DNA of 64,000 bases from Heterodontus francisci (lineage: Eukaryota): assembly GCF_036365525.1 (NCBI RefSeq), contig NC_090411.1:32194432-32258431 (forward strand), in the 5' to 3' direction. The notes under the pieces are model-generated. The model made no database searches. It was not told the DNA's origin and was given only the letters and a program-made list of their open reading frames with translations. Positions within the stretch are counted from its first letter, which is position 1, and the number at the start of each line of letters is the position of its first letter. Position numbers and translations under genes: made by a program. Positions 1-19,141 of the stretch are shown here, piece by piece.

Positions 1-217
1 CTGTAATTAAACCAGATCTCACAGCTTTAGATTTCAGAGAAACACAAACATGAGGCAAAAGAACCAGAGGGTAGATAATGAAATTTATCTTTAGCAAATT
101 CCTTTGCAAAGAAACAAACTTGGTCAGATTATAAAAAGCTGCTTTCGCAGAAATAGCAAATTATCATTTAATTTGAGGTTGTGGTGCTAGAATGTTAAAC
201 CACGAGGTTCTTTCAGA

Positions 218-720
218 TTTGAGGAATGTCAAGGAACATTTAGGAAGGGTGCAGAGGAGGTTTACCAGGAATTTACCAGGGATGAGGGACTTCAGCTGTG
301 AGGAGAAGTTGCAAAAGTTAAGACTGTTCTCCACAGAACAGAGAAGGTGAAGAGGTGACTGAACAGAGATCTTCAAAGTCATGAGAGGGTTTTGATAGAA
401 CAGACAGAGAACAATTATTCCCTCTGACAAATGGGTCAATAACAGGAGGTCACAGATTCAAAATCATTGACAAAAACTCTAGAGAGAAGATGAGAAATTT
501 TTCATTGAGAGAGTTCTCGGGATCTGGAACGCTCGACCTGAAAAGGTGCCGGAAGCCGATTTCAGAAATAATTGTAATGGGAGTTGGACAGGTGCCTGAG
601 GATCAGAAACTTAATGGGTAATGGACAAAAAGTAGGGCATTAAGTATGACTGCTCCTTCCATGAGCCAGCACAGACACAAAGGGCCAAATGGCCTCCTGC
701 GCTCTAAGTTTCTATGACAC
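218..720 (+). mobile_element. Decayed CR1 LINE 3' fragment, part of the duplicated unit (also ~13895-14385 and ~22285-23115)
   Basis: LGRVQRRFTR...EKLQKLRLFS residual translation and CR1 3' tail (gggccgaatggcctcct); three near-colinear copies. Confidence 0.7.
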
Positions 721-783
721 TGTAACCCAAAAGCAGGGACATCGTTGAGACTAAGCTCCCAAATCTGCATGTACTTCAAAGCT

Positions 784-942
784 CTGATTGGCTCTGAACC
801 TCACTCCCTCCCCAATACCCCATCCCCATTGTTAATTGGTGCCTGGATTCATGGGAGATTCCAGACTGGTTATCAGGGATGTCAATCATCATTGTTGATG
901 TCATTCCTTGTTTGAAATCAGGCTGTCCCAGTGGGATAAATA
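784..942 (+). promoter_or_regulatory. Ferritin copy 1 promoter module
   Basis: Inverted CCAAT CTGATTGGC 784-792, TTGTTAATTGG 829-839, kB-type GGGAGATTCC 853-862, CRE-like TGATGTCA 896-903, TATA variant GATAAATA 935-942. Same order upstream of copies 2-7. Confidence 0.65.
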
Positions 943-1022
943 CAGGAGACCATAGTAGAAAGGGTCATTGTTGGAAATTTCTAGGTGATAGTGAGCAGTA
1001 ATAGTATATAGCAATAGTGAAG

Positions 1023-3181
<2,159 letters not shown>

Positions 3182-4444
3182 GCTTGATCCCTGCAGTCTA
3201 TTGTGTAGTACTTGTGTTTATATCATGTGCAAGATCCCCCTGTCGTGTAGGGAATTGTGACTTTGTACAATGAGTTGAGACCTAGGCTGTTGTGGAAGTG
3301 CAATGTTAATTGTAAATAAACTGCTTGATGTTGGACTGGATTTTGCTTCTTTGTAAAATTAAACAATTCCATTATTCTGAGTTAACAATTTAGTTTGCAT
3401 CCAACAAAATTCCACTGGGCTGTGCAACTGCTTCATCATGGGGTTTAGTTCTGAGGGTTATCTAATCTATCTTCTGGAATAACACTTTTTGTTAGTTTCT
3501 TAGATGTCACAATTTCAATTTCCTTAAATGACTGTTTGCTATTCCATAATACCTTTTTAACACTAAGACTATTGAACAAAATAAGCACTTGGGTACTGGT
3601 CTTTCTTTTTGTCCCTCAATGGCATATAAGGCAAGACCAGTACCCAAAAGCTTATCAAGGTGTCCTTTATTTCAAAGAAGTGAGTGGAAGAGGTTTTGGG
3701 AGAGAACTGCAGAAACTAAAATACAAAGAACTGTTACCAGTGTTGCTGAGTTTTCTCTGCCTCACTCACAACTCCCTCCAACCCCCCCTCAATACACATA
3801 TTAGCTGCAACTTCTTAAAGCAAAGGATGCTTTGGAGTGGATTAATGTTGCGCTACTTCAGTCCCAGTCCCTTCCCTAGGGAGGAGGAGTTCTGGTATTT
3901 AAGCTACCAATTGCAGTCTGAGTTATTATGGTAGAATACACCTACTGAAGCTCACTTTTTAACGTTCATAACTGCTGCTTCAGATGTCTTGCTATGGCTG
4001 TTGTGGACACAGTCTAAGCTCCCTCACTTCCATATACTGAAGTGTATTACAATTGGAAGCTAATATGAAATGCCACAATTTCACTCGCCCTTCAGGGGGA
4101 GAAGGTATAGATTCTGGGGAAGAAGAGGGACTTCATTCTGACCATCTTGCACCTTTTTTCCTTTTAATAATCTATCTAGGCTCTCAATCCCTTCCATTGA
4201 AGCTTGCATAAGGTGGAGAAGACAGGGACATGTTCCAATCTAATCCTTTTGGAAGCAGTGAACATATTTCCTTAAATGCATAAAGCTCTTAAACCACATG
4301 TTGGCATCCTTCCACCTATGAAAGATGATGGACATTAAGCAAACAATCCAATTAGTCATTTATAGCACAGAAAGAGGCCATTGAGTCCATGCCAGCTCTC
4401 CACCGAGCTATGCTGTCACTCCCAGTCCCTGGCTCGATCTCTGT

Positions 4445-5305
4445 AGGTGGGAGGTCTTCTCGTGGTGCACATTTGCTGATGGCTGTGAAGGCTGTTCCTT
4501 GAGAAGCAGATTCTGCCACAAGTGTTGCACGTGAAGTTACCAAGTGACGCTGAGTTTTTGGCCTTGGCGCCTGTGCCAATCTACTGTGGCCATTTGTTGT
4601 CATAGTATGCCATTTCTCTCTTTTACCAGCTAATGACTCCCAGATGCAATAGTCAACGTTTAGGGTCTCCATGTCACGCTTGCAAGCGTCCTTGAAGTGG
4701 AGCTTTGGGAGCCCCACTGGATGTCTGGCTCTGGCTACCTCACCATACTTTGGGTATGCGACCATCTTCCATCCTGCAGACGTGTCCGATTCACCGAAGC
4801 TGCCTCTGTTTGATTAGCACCAATACACTTGGGAGGACTGCCACATTTGTGATTTTGTCCTGCCAGGATATACCCACAATGACCCATAGACTGCAAAGAT
4901 GGACATTATTGAGCTTCTTTTCCTGGTAGCTGTAAGTTTCCCATGTTCACAGCCATACAGCAAGGTGCTGAGAACACAGGCCTTATAAACCATCAGCTTG
5001 TTTCTAAGGGTCAGCTTGATGTTATCCCATGAGCGTTTTGTGAGTTGGCCAAAGGGGGTAGCTGCTTTTCCTATGTGTGTATCGAGCTCCGCATCAAGGG
5101 ACAGATTGTCTGTCACCATGGACCCAAAGTAGCAGAATCTGATAACCACTTCCAGTCGGGTGTTATTCAGTGTGATCAGGGGCAGAGAAGCAACACCTTG
5201 TCCCATGACCATGGTTTTTTTGACGCTTATAGTCAAGAAGAACAAGTTAAAAGCAGAGGAGAGACAGTCCATGAGTCTTTGTAACTGAGTTTCCATGTGA
5301 GCTGT
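4445..5305 (-). mobile_element. Old RTE-clade LINE 3' fragment
   Basis: ORFs 4814-5338 and 4352-4765: LQRLMDCLS..LTISVKKT..YFGSMVTDNLSLDAEL..VYKACVLSTLLYGCE..RHPVGLPKLHFKDACKRDM; frameshifted. Confidence 0.8.
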
Positions 5306-5799
5306 ATCCAATCTAGTCCTTCTGGAGGGAGTGAACATATTTCATTAAACGCATAAAGTGAATAACCTAAACCACAAAGTCAGTTCAATAGATTTTCTCC
5401 TTCCCCACCCCCTTCCTTAACCTCAACATTTTCTCTTCCTTCAGCAGTTGCTCCAAAAATGTATCAATTTGTATTTTGGCACATTGTACATTTCATACCA
5501 AATCCATTGCAAATCCTACAAGATCTTCACTTGTCTCCTTCACCCTTACCAATAGATTCATATGTTGATGCTACAATTGTAATTATCCAATGTTTACAAG
5601 TTAATTTTGGGATTGTAGTTGAGAACCGCACAGCATGCAATAACATTGCCGACTTCAACAATTGGGAATAGGCCGCACACAAGCAGCAGTGCCTTTAAGA
5701 TGAACTGGTACACAGCCACGTGGAAATCCTAAAGGGAATTAGAGGGAACAGTGATCTTCACTCATTCCATTTGCATCTCTCACCGAGGTTCCCAGTCAC

Positions 5800-6320
5800 C
5801 TTATTCAACCTTCGCCATTGTGTGAAAATTCACAAATAGCAAAGGATGCATCTCATCACATTGAGCTTTTCATACTGATCAACATCCCTACTCCCTACAA
5901 GTAGTGATACTGAATTCAAAGAGGTCCTGTGGAAAGGATCAATCAATAGTTCCCACAGAACCAGTAACCACAGGCCTTATACAAAGTCTCTGCTGTCCAC
6001 CTGGGTGGCCATTGAGTGACCATGTGATGTCCATCAGTTTGGTCAAATCCCTTTGTGACCGCAGGACATTCACTGCATCTCGGATCCTTTTTGACCAGAA
6101 CAGGTGTAAATACTCAGATACATTTTCTGTTCAGGTGGGTCAACACTACCCATTGGTGGCATCTCTCCCAAGAGGTCCGTGGCTGAAGCGTGATTGGTGG
6201 CTCCGAATGTGAATCACTGTCACCCTGTCTGGCCCATCTAAAACAGAGATTTAATCCAAGACAACACATCTCATCACCTAATCCAGGACTCAACCACTTT
6301 TGCAATGAAACCAGATGTCA
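5800..6320. repeat. Unidentified ~520-bp spacer block co-duplicated with the ferritin unit
   Basis: Homologous copies at ~12105-12230 + 13290-13700, ~21232-21345 + 21866-22085, ~31360-31411 + 32092-32400, and its right edge at window start. Confidence 0.8.
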
Positions 6321-6749
6321 ACACATTGGCTCTCAGACAAAAGGACCAAAGGGGAGAGATGCGAATTACTTTTAAGCAGCGAGCTGATATGATCTGGAAT
6401 GCACTGTCTGAAAGGGTGCTGGAAACAGATTCAATAATAACTTTGAAGAGGAAGTTGGATATATACTCGAAAAGGAACTAAATTGCAGGGCCATGGGGAA
6501 AGTCCAAGCCAATGCGACTGATTGGATAGCTGTTTCAATGAGCCAGCACGGGCACGGTGGGCTGATTGGCCTCCTTCTGTGCTGTATAAACCTACGATGA
6601 GTCAGAGTATCATCATTTTAATCTGATTTAAATATTCTTTAGCCTCATGGAAAGTTAACCATAAAAGGACTCATGTAAGATACAGAATTGATGGACAGGT
6701 CCATCAACCTGCCCCAAAACACACTGCAGCAAATGAAGATGTGTCTTGT

Positions 6750-8310
6750 TTTATATTCATTCCTGGGTTGTGGGAGTCGCTGGCAAGGCCAGCATTTGTT
6801 GCTCATTCCTAATTGCCCTTGAGAAGGTGCTGGTGAGCCACCTTCTTGAACCCTGTAGTCCATGTGGGGTAGGTACACCCACAGTGCTATTATGGATGGA
6901 GCTCCAGGATTTTGGTCCAGTGACAGTGAAGGAACGGCGATATAGTTACAAGTCAAGATGGTGTGTGACTTGGAGGGGAACTTGCAGGTGGTGTTCGCCT
7001 GTGTCTGCTGCTCTTATCCTTCTTGGTGATAGGGGTTGTGGGTTTGGAAGGTGCTGTGAAAGGAGCCTTGGAGAGTTGCTGCAGTCTTTCTTCTTTGGCC
7101 TCCTTATCTCGAGAGACAATGGGTAAATGCCTGGAGGTGGTCAGTGGTGTGTGGAGCAGCGCCTGGAGTGGCTATAAAGGCCAATTCTAGAGTGACAGGC
7201 TCTTCCACAGGTGCTGCAGAAAAATTTGTATGTCGGGGCTGTTACACAGTTGGCTCTCCCCTTGCGCTTTTGTCTTTTTTCCTGCCAACTATAAGTCTCT
7301 TCCACTCGCCACACTTTAGCCCCGCCTTTATGGCTGCCCGCCAGCTCTGGCGATCGCTGGCAACTGACTCCCACGACTTGTGATCAATGTCACAGGACTT
7401 CATGTCACGTTTGCAGACGTCTTTAAAGCGGAGACATGGACGGCCGGTGGGTCTGATACCAGTGGCGAGCTCGCTGTACAATGTGTCTTTGGGGATCCTG
7501 CCATCTTCCATGCGGCTCACATGGCCAAGCCATCTCAAGCGCCGCTGACTCAGTAGTGTGTCAAAGCTGGGGATGTTGGCCGCCTCGAGGACTTCTGTGT
7601 TGGAGATACAGTCCTGCCACCTGATGCCAAGTATTCTCCGGAGGCAGCGAAGATGGAATGAATTGAGACGTCGCTCTTGGCTGACATACGTTGTCCAGGC
7701 CTCGCTGCAGTACATCTTGTAGATAGTACACACTGCTGCTACTGTGTGGACAGAGTGAATATTTACACCGGTGGATGGGGTGCCAATCAAGGGGGTTGCT
7801 CTGTCCTGGATGGTATCAAGCTTCTTGAGTATTGTTGGAGCTACATTCATCCAGGCAAGTGGAAAGTATTCCATTACAGCCTTGACTCGTGCCTTGTAGA
7901 TAGTGGACAGGCTTTCGGGAGTCAGGAGAAGAGTTACACACCACAGAATTCCCAGCTTCTGACCCACTTTTGTAGTTACGGTATTTATATGGCTGGTTCA
8001 GTTAAGTTTCTCGTCAATGGTAATCTCCAGGATGTTGATGGTGGAACATTCAGCGATGATAGTACCGTTGAATGTCAAGAGGAGATGGTTAGGTTTTCTC
8101 GTGTTGGATTGTCATTGCCTGGTACCTGTGAATGTTACTTGCCAATTATCAGCTCAATCCTGAATGTTGTCCAGGTCTTGCTGCTTGTCGACACTGGGAG
8201 TTTCAGTATCTGAGGAGTTGCGAATGGTACTGAACACTGTGCAATCATCAGTGAACATCCCCACTTCTCAATTTATGATGGAGGGAAGATCATTGATGAA
8301 GCAGCTGAAG
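6750..8310 (-). mobile_element. CR1/Jockey-group LINE 3' part (same family as 49712-52557), interrupted by an RTE
   Basis: LLTPESLSTIYKARVKAVMEYFPLAW..TVAAVCTIYKM and a 3' tail caagggcaattagg...gaatgaat shared with 52480-52557. Confidence 0.8.
7086..7703 (-). mobile_element. RTE LINE 3' fragment nested in a LINE
   Basis: Target-site duplication GCTGCAGT at 7078-7085 and 7704-7711; SEAWTTYVSQERRL..RRLRWLGHV..CSTCGRACHSRIGLYSH; ggccaaagaagaa tail. Confidence 0.9.
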
Positions 8311-8701
8311 ATGGTCTGTGGGTGACACTGTATTCAGTAATGTTCACTCCCTCTCATTCTCTCATTTCCATTTCTCTGTCCAATGGTTGGTTTGCAAATT
8401 CACTCAAGATGACTTAATTGCTTTCAATATTGTATCAGCTCCACAGTTCCTTGCAAGTAACAAACTGGGCCCGATTATAAAAAGCCACCTCAGCAAAAGT
8501 AACAAATTATCATTTAATTCAAATGAGAGCGTTAAACAACAAGACATTTTTCAGATTTGAAGAAGGTCAAGGAACCCAGAAGTAGTGATGTCATCAAGAC
8601 TAATCTCTCAAACCTGCCTCTATTTCAAAGCTCCAATTGGCTCTGGACATTATCCTCTTCCCCACAACTCCTCTCCTTTGTTAATTGGTGCCTAAATTCA
8701 T

Positions 8702-8792
8702 GGGGGATTCCTGACTGGCTCTCAGGGATTGTCAATTATCATTGGTGATGTCATTCCCTGTTTGAATTCAGGCTGATCCATTAGTATAAATA
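8702..8792 (+). promoter_or_regulatory. Ferritin copy 2 promoter module
   Basis: GGGGGATTCC 8702-8711, TGATGTCA 8746-8753, TATAAATA 8785-8792. Confidence 0.65.
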
Positions 8793-8849
8793 CAAGAGCT
8801 TGTGTTAGTTTTGGAATTTTCTAGGTGATAGTGAGTAGTAATAGTGAAG

Positions 8850-10981
<2,132 letters not shown>

Positions 10982-12239
10982 CTGAACTGACTGCAGGGTT
11001 CAACCTTGCTGTATTTAGTGCTCCTGTTCATCTAATTCTGTGAAGGCACTCCTGTTCTGTAGGGAACAATGGTTTGAATCTTTGTACAAAGAGTTGGGAC
11101 CTAGTCTTGTGAAGTGTAATGTTAACTGTAAATAAACTGCTCAATATTGGACAGGATTTTGCCTTTTTCTTAAGGTTTAACATGATGTACAGCCCTGTAT
11201 AATTCTTGTTCAACATAAGCCACAAGAGCTTTATCAATGGGGGGTGGTAGTGGTTTAAGTCTTCTATCACTTTCCATTTGTAATACTTTATTTTTGGATA
11301 TTCTGGCTGATGTTGTAGAAATGCTGTATTACAATGTGTACCTTACCTAATCACCTTTAACATTGAACCATCTTACAATGGTTTTACAGAGTGTTACTGA
11401 ACAAAAGTGAAAAGCTATGAGAGAAAGTAGGTGACCAAACTCTTGGTCTGAGAGGAATTAAGAGGTTGTTTGAGTTCCTGCCCTTTGTGTGAATGGTATG
11501 AGCTTCCCTGACTGCAAAGGACTAAAGGGAGTTACATTTGGGAAATCAACCTGAAAGGCCATGTTTTCATTGGGTGGAGAAAGTATCTTTTATTTTTCTG
11601 GAGGGAATTGAATTGGGTTCTGAAAGTTTTGCACTCACACTACTCTATAGAGTAATCTACCTCGGCACTCTCTCCGCTAACAAATTAGGTAAGATATTGA
11701 AGACTGAGTAATGTTTGGAGCTTCAGTTTATAAACTCAATACCAGCAGCTTAGTTCCAGTGTGTATTGCTAAATAGGAATCATCCTTTACAAATCCTACA
11801 TTTCTCTCCCTCACCCCTGTGGATGGATTCAAATGTTCATGCTGCAACTAACAGGTTAACTTTAGGAACTCTAACTGTAGTGCAAGCAATACAATTTAAA
11901 GCCTGGCTTGGGTATAAAATCAAAACCCAACCCTGACCTGAAAATAACAAATTATGAAATAGGAAAAAATCATTGATTATAATCAAAACCGTACAGCCCA
12001 AATGCTGGACGCAGACCTGAATCCGACACGGGTGGGTAGCCAGGCTTTAATGTAATTGCAGTTTTAGGTTGTATCCTGTTCATCTCTCTGCATCTCAGAG
12101 AAGTGCCTAGTCACCTTATTCGATCTATGCTATTATATGAAAATTCACAAATGGTAAAGGATGTTTCTGATCACCTTTGAGCTTTTCGTGCTGATCAACA
12201 TCCCTACTCCCTATAGGAAGTGATGCTCACGCAAGGCAC

Positions 12240-13283
12240 TGTTACAAACTAAAATGAACTGGAGCAATTGAATTGTGAACTAAACTCAAAGAAAAAAAAA
12301 ATACACACTTTTGCTGCAGACAAGTTTGAGTAAATGATCAGGTGATCGCTCCTGTACTGCAGATATACATAGTGGCTGTTGGAGAGCAAACCCATCTGGA
12401 CTAGTCTTGGGAAAGGTACATTAAAATGCTAAACAGCTCATTTAATGATAAATAGCTCCTATCTTTGAGAATAGGGTTACCAAAGACCTTCGTACGCAGG
12501 AAGACTTGAGTCAAAGCCAAGATGAGAGGTGGGACATAACACCATATTATCAAGACAAGCCGCATTCAAACCCTATTGTGTAGCAATGGTCACATGTTCA
12601 AAGACATTGTATGAACACACCAGGGGAGTGCATCAATGGTCACCTGACTGAAACACAGGTTTTTTTTTTTAAAAAAGAGCTGTCTGAAAAACAGAATCAG
12701 AAAGCCAGCCACTGAGGAAGCTGAGAAATCCACTCAGCTAAGGAGACCCTGCCTGTAACATCCTTAAAACCACAGAGACAGAGATTGCAAAGTGATCCTG
12801 AAAACTCCCCACCTGACAAATTATAGCACGATTCTCGCTATTGACTTTGACTGAGTCTCAACCAAAGGAGTCTGCAATACTTCAGTGAACCAAGAAAAGG
12901 AACACCAGGCCAGCACTGCTGTTAACAAATTCCTCCCCAAAAAGCAAGAAGTTTCAAAGTGAACTCTTTTTATAACAATTGGACTTAAATGCATGCTATC
13001 CACTAAACTCTTTTCTTATGTGTGTGCATGTGTTTTCATGTGTGAGTGAGTGAGGTTGTGAATATATTTCGGTATTGCTTAATAAATAATTTATCTTTCT
13101 CTTAATCCTATGAGGAAAACCTGTTGTTTGTCTGTTTATTAGACTTCTAAAATACTCTGGGACTAAAATGATATTTCTTTTTAAAAAACACTGTCGACAG
13201 TCAGTTGAGAGATGAAACATGGAAGTCACCCACACAAGACCCTCTCTCTCAACACCCACCCCCATCCCACCCTGTTTGTTACA
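12240..13283 (+). mobile_element. Solo-LTR-like insertion (truncated homologue at ~21370-21740)
   Basis: TGTTACA at both ends and an internal AATAAA. It splits the spacer block that is contiguous at 5800-6320. No clear TSD. Confidence 0.5.
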
Positions 13284-14511
13284 ACGTTTAATTCAAAGAG
13301 GTCCTGTAGAACGGATCAATCAATAGTTCCCACAGAACCAGTAACCACAGGCCTTATACAAAGTTTCTGCTGTCCACCTGGGTGGCCATTGAGTGACCAT
13401 GTAATGTCCATCAGTTTGGTCAAAACCTTTTGCGACTGCAGGACATTCACTGCAACTCGAATACTTTTTGACCAGAACAGGTGTAAATACCCGGATACAT
13501 TTTCTGTTCAGGTGGGTCAACTGTGCCCATTGGTGGCATCTCTCCTGAGTTGCTCATGACTGTAGCATGATTGGTGGTTCTGGATGTGAATCACTGCCGC
13601 CCTGTCTGACCCATATAAAACACAGATTTAATCCAAGACGACACATCTCATCAGCTAATCCAGGACTGAACCACTTCTGCAATGAAACCAGATCTCACAG
13701 CTTTAGATCTCAGAGAAACACTAACATGAGGCAAAAGAACCAGAGGGTAGATAATGAAATTTATCTTTACCAAATTCCTTTGCAATGAAACAAATTTGAT
13801 CCGATTATAAAGGCTGCTTTTGCAAAAATAGCAAATTATCATTTAATTTGAAGTTGTGATGCTAGAATGTTAAACCACGAGGTACTTTCAGATTTGAGGA
13901 ATGTCAAGGAACCTTTAGGAAGGGTGCAGAGGAGGTTTACCAGGAATTTATCAGAGATGAGGGACTTCAGCTGTGAGGAGAAGTCGCAAATGTTAAGACT
14001 GTTCTCTATGGGCCAGAGTAGGTTAACAAGTGACGGAAACAGAGGTTTTCAAAATGATCAGAGGTTTGACAGAACAAATAGAGAACAATTATTCTCTCTG
14101 GCAAGTGGGTCAATAACAGAGGTCATAGATTCTAAATCATTGCCAAAGATCTAGAGGGGAGATGAGAATGTTTTCATTGAGAGAGTTCTCAGGATCTGGA
14201 ACGCTCGACCTGAAAAAGTGGTGGAAGCCAATTCCATAAATAATTTTAATGGAAGTTCGACAAATATTCAATGCGTTACAGACAAAAAGTAGGGTTGTGG
14301 CATTAAGCATGACTGCTCCTTCAATGAGCCAGCATAGTCAGAAAGGGCCGAATGGCCTCCTCCTGTGCTGTAAGTTTCTATGACTCTGTAACCCAAAAGC
14401 AGTGACACCATTTGGTCTAAGCTCCCAAATCTGCCTGTACTTCAAAGCTCTGATTGGCTCTGGTCATTACCCCCTCCTCAACACCCTTAGTTAATTGTTG
14501 TCTGGATTCAT

Positions 14512-14598
14512 GGGAGATTCCTGACTGGCTATCAGGGGTTGTCAATCATCGTTGATGATGCTGTTCCATGTTTGAATGCAGGCTGAACAGTATAAATA
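14512..14598 (+). promoter_or_regulatory. Ferritin copy 3 promoter module
   Basis: GGGAGATTCC 14512-14521 and TATAAATA 14591-14598; the CRE-like site is degenerate. Confidence 0.6.
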
Positions 14599-14668
14599 CA
14601 AGAGCTTGCCTTAGAAAGGGTCAATTCTAGATAATAGTGAGTAGTAATAGTGTATGGAAATAGTGAAG

Positions 14669-16683
<2,015 letters not shown>

Positions 16684-17058
16684 GCTGACAGCAGAGAACA
16701 AGCTTGCTGTGTTTAGTGCTCGTGTTTATGTAATTTGTATAAGATACTTCTGTCCTGTAGGGGAAAATGGCTTGTGACTTTTTGCACAAAAAGAATGGGA
16801 CCTGGTCTTGATGCGAAGTGTAATGTTAACTGTAAATAAACTGCTCAACAGTGGACTGGATTTTGCTTCATTTGAATGGTTCCTTTTTTACAGATTAATG
16901 TTTGATTGCTGTTGGACAAGAGTTATAGCTGTTATACAGCCCAGTGTATCATGAGATTCAGTCCTCTATCACATACAATCTGTGATAATTCTTGATTTGG
17001 ATATTCAGGGTCACATGTTGAAGGTCTCACCTGAATTATAGCAATGCTGTAATACAAT

Positions 17059-19141
17059 GTTCTTTGGCCTCCTTATCTCGAGACAATGGGTAAGCACCTG
17101 GAGGTGGACAGTGGGGTGTGGAGCAGTGCCTGGAGTGGCTATAAAGGCCAATTCTAGAGTGACAGGCTCTTCTACAGGTGCTGCGGCAAAATTTGTTTGT
17201 CGGGGCTGTTAAACAGTTGGCTCTCCCCTTGCGCATTTGTCTTTTTTCCTGATAAGTCTCTTCGACTCACCACACTTTAGCCCTGCCTTTATGGCTGCCC
17301 ACCAGCTCTAGCGAATGCTGGCAACTGACTCCCACGACTTGTGATCAATGTCACAGGATTTAATGTCGCATTTGTAGATGTCTTTAAAGCGGAGACATGG
17401 ACAACCGGTGGGTCTGATACTAGTGGCAAGCTCGCTGTACAGTGTGTCTTTGGGGATCCTGCCAACTTCCATGTGGCTCACATGGCCAAGCCATCTCAAG
17501 CGCCGCTGACTCAGTAGTGTGTATGAGCTAGGGATGTTGGCTGCCTCGAGGACTTCTGTAATAAAAACAAAATACTGCGGATGCGGGAAATCTGAAATAA
17601 AAACAAGAAATGCTGGTGTGGACTTCTGTGTTGGAGATACGGTCCTGCCACCTTGATGCCAAGTATTCTCTGGAGGCAGCGAGGATGGAATGAATTGAGA
17701 CGTCGCTCTTGGCTGACATACGTTGTCCAGGCCTTGCTGCCATAAAGCAAGGTACTGAGGACACCGGCTTGATACACTCGGACTTTTGTGTTCTGTGTCA
17801 GTGCGCCATTTTTCCACATTCTCTTGACTGGTCTGGACATAGCAGTGGAAGCCTTTCCCATGCGCTTGTTGATTTCTGCATCTAGAGGCAAGTTACTGGT
17901 GATAGTTGAGCCTAGGTAGGTGAACTCTTGAACCACGTGGTCGCCAATGTTGATGGATGGAGCATTTCTGACGTCCTGCCCCATGATGTTCGTTTTCTTG
18001 AGGCTGATGGTTAGGCCAAATTCATTGCAGGCAGCCGCAAACCTGTCGATGAGACTCTGCAGGCACTCTTCAGTGTGAGATGTTAAAGCAGCATCGTCAG
18101 CAAAGAGGAGATCCCTGATGAGGACTTTCCGTACTTTGGACTTCGCTCTTGGACGGGCAAGGTTGAACAACCTGCCCCCTGATCTTGTGTGGAGGAAAAT
18201 TCCTTCTTCAGAGGACTTGAATGCATGTGAAAGCAGCAGGGAGAAGAAAATCCCAAAATGTGTGGGTGCGAGAACACAGCCCTGTTTCACGCCACTCAGG
18301 ATAGGAAAGGGGTCTGATGAGGTGCCGCCATGTTGAATTGTGCCTTTCATATTGTCATGGAATGAGCTGATGATACTTAGTAGCTTCAGTGGACATCCAA
18401 TCTTTTCTAGTAGTCTGAAGAGACCACGTCTGCTGACAAGGTCAAAGGCTTTGGTGAGATCAATGAAAGCAATGTAGAGGGGCATCTGTTGTTCGCGGCA
18501 TTTCTCCTGTATCTGAAGAAGGGAGAACAGCATGTGGTGGATCTCTCTGCACGAAAGCCACACTGTGCCTCAGGGTAGACGCGCTCGGCCAGCTTCTGGA
18601 GCCTGTTTAGTGCGACTCGAGCAAAGACTTTCCCCACTATGCTGAGCAGGGAGATTCCATGGTAGTTGTTGCAGTCACCGCGGTCACCTTTGTTTTTATA
18701 GAGGGTGATGATATTGGCATCACGCATGGCCTGAGGTACTGATCCCTCGTCCCGGCACAGGCATAGCAGTTCATGTAGTGCTGAGAGTATAGCAGGCTTG
18801 GCACTCTTGATTATTTCAGGGGTAATGCTGTCCTTCCCAAGGGCTATTCCGCTGGCTAGAGAATCAATGGCATCACTGAGTTCCGATTTTGTTGACTGTA
18901 TGTCCAGCTCATCCATGACTGGTAGCGGCTGGGCTGCATTGAGGGCGGTCTCAGTGACAATATTCTCCCTGGAGTACAGTTCTAGGTAGTGCTCAACCCA
19001 GCGATCCATTTGTTTGCGTTGGTCAGTGATTGTGTCCCCTGATTTAGATTTGAGGGGGGTGATCTTCTTGATGGTTGGCCCAAAAGCTCTCTTAATGCCA
19101 TCATACATTCCTCTGATGTTTCCGGTGTCTGAGGCCAGCTG
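17059..19141 (-). mobile_element. RTE LINE, 5'-truncated, reverse transcriptase region
   Basis: ORFs 18407-19108, 17511-18563, 17308-17817: YIAFIDLTKAFD, GVKQGCVLAP, LLFADD; TSD AATACAAT at 17051-17058 and 19142-19149; a few frameshifts. Confidence 0.93.
17560..17619 (-). mobile_element. 60-bp insertion (end of the Penelope-like repeat seen at 63283-63419) within the RTE
   Basis: Flanked by the 10-bp duplication GGACTTCTGT (17550-17559, 17620-17629); its reverse complement resembles 63362-63419. Confidence 0.7.

Noticed and set aside
8711-8721. TGACTGGCT in the promoters as an Nrf2 antioxidant response element
   Set aside because: Does not fit TGACnnnGC spacing; copy 6 shows it is a variant of the inverted CCAAT box CTGATTGGCT.
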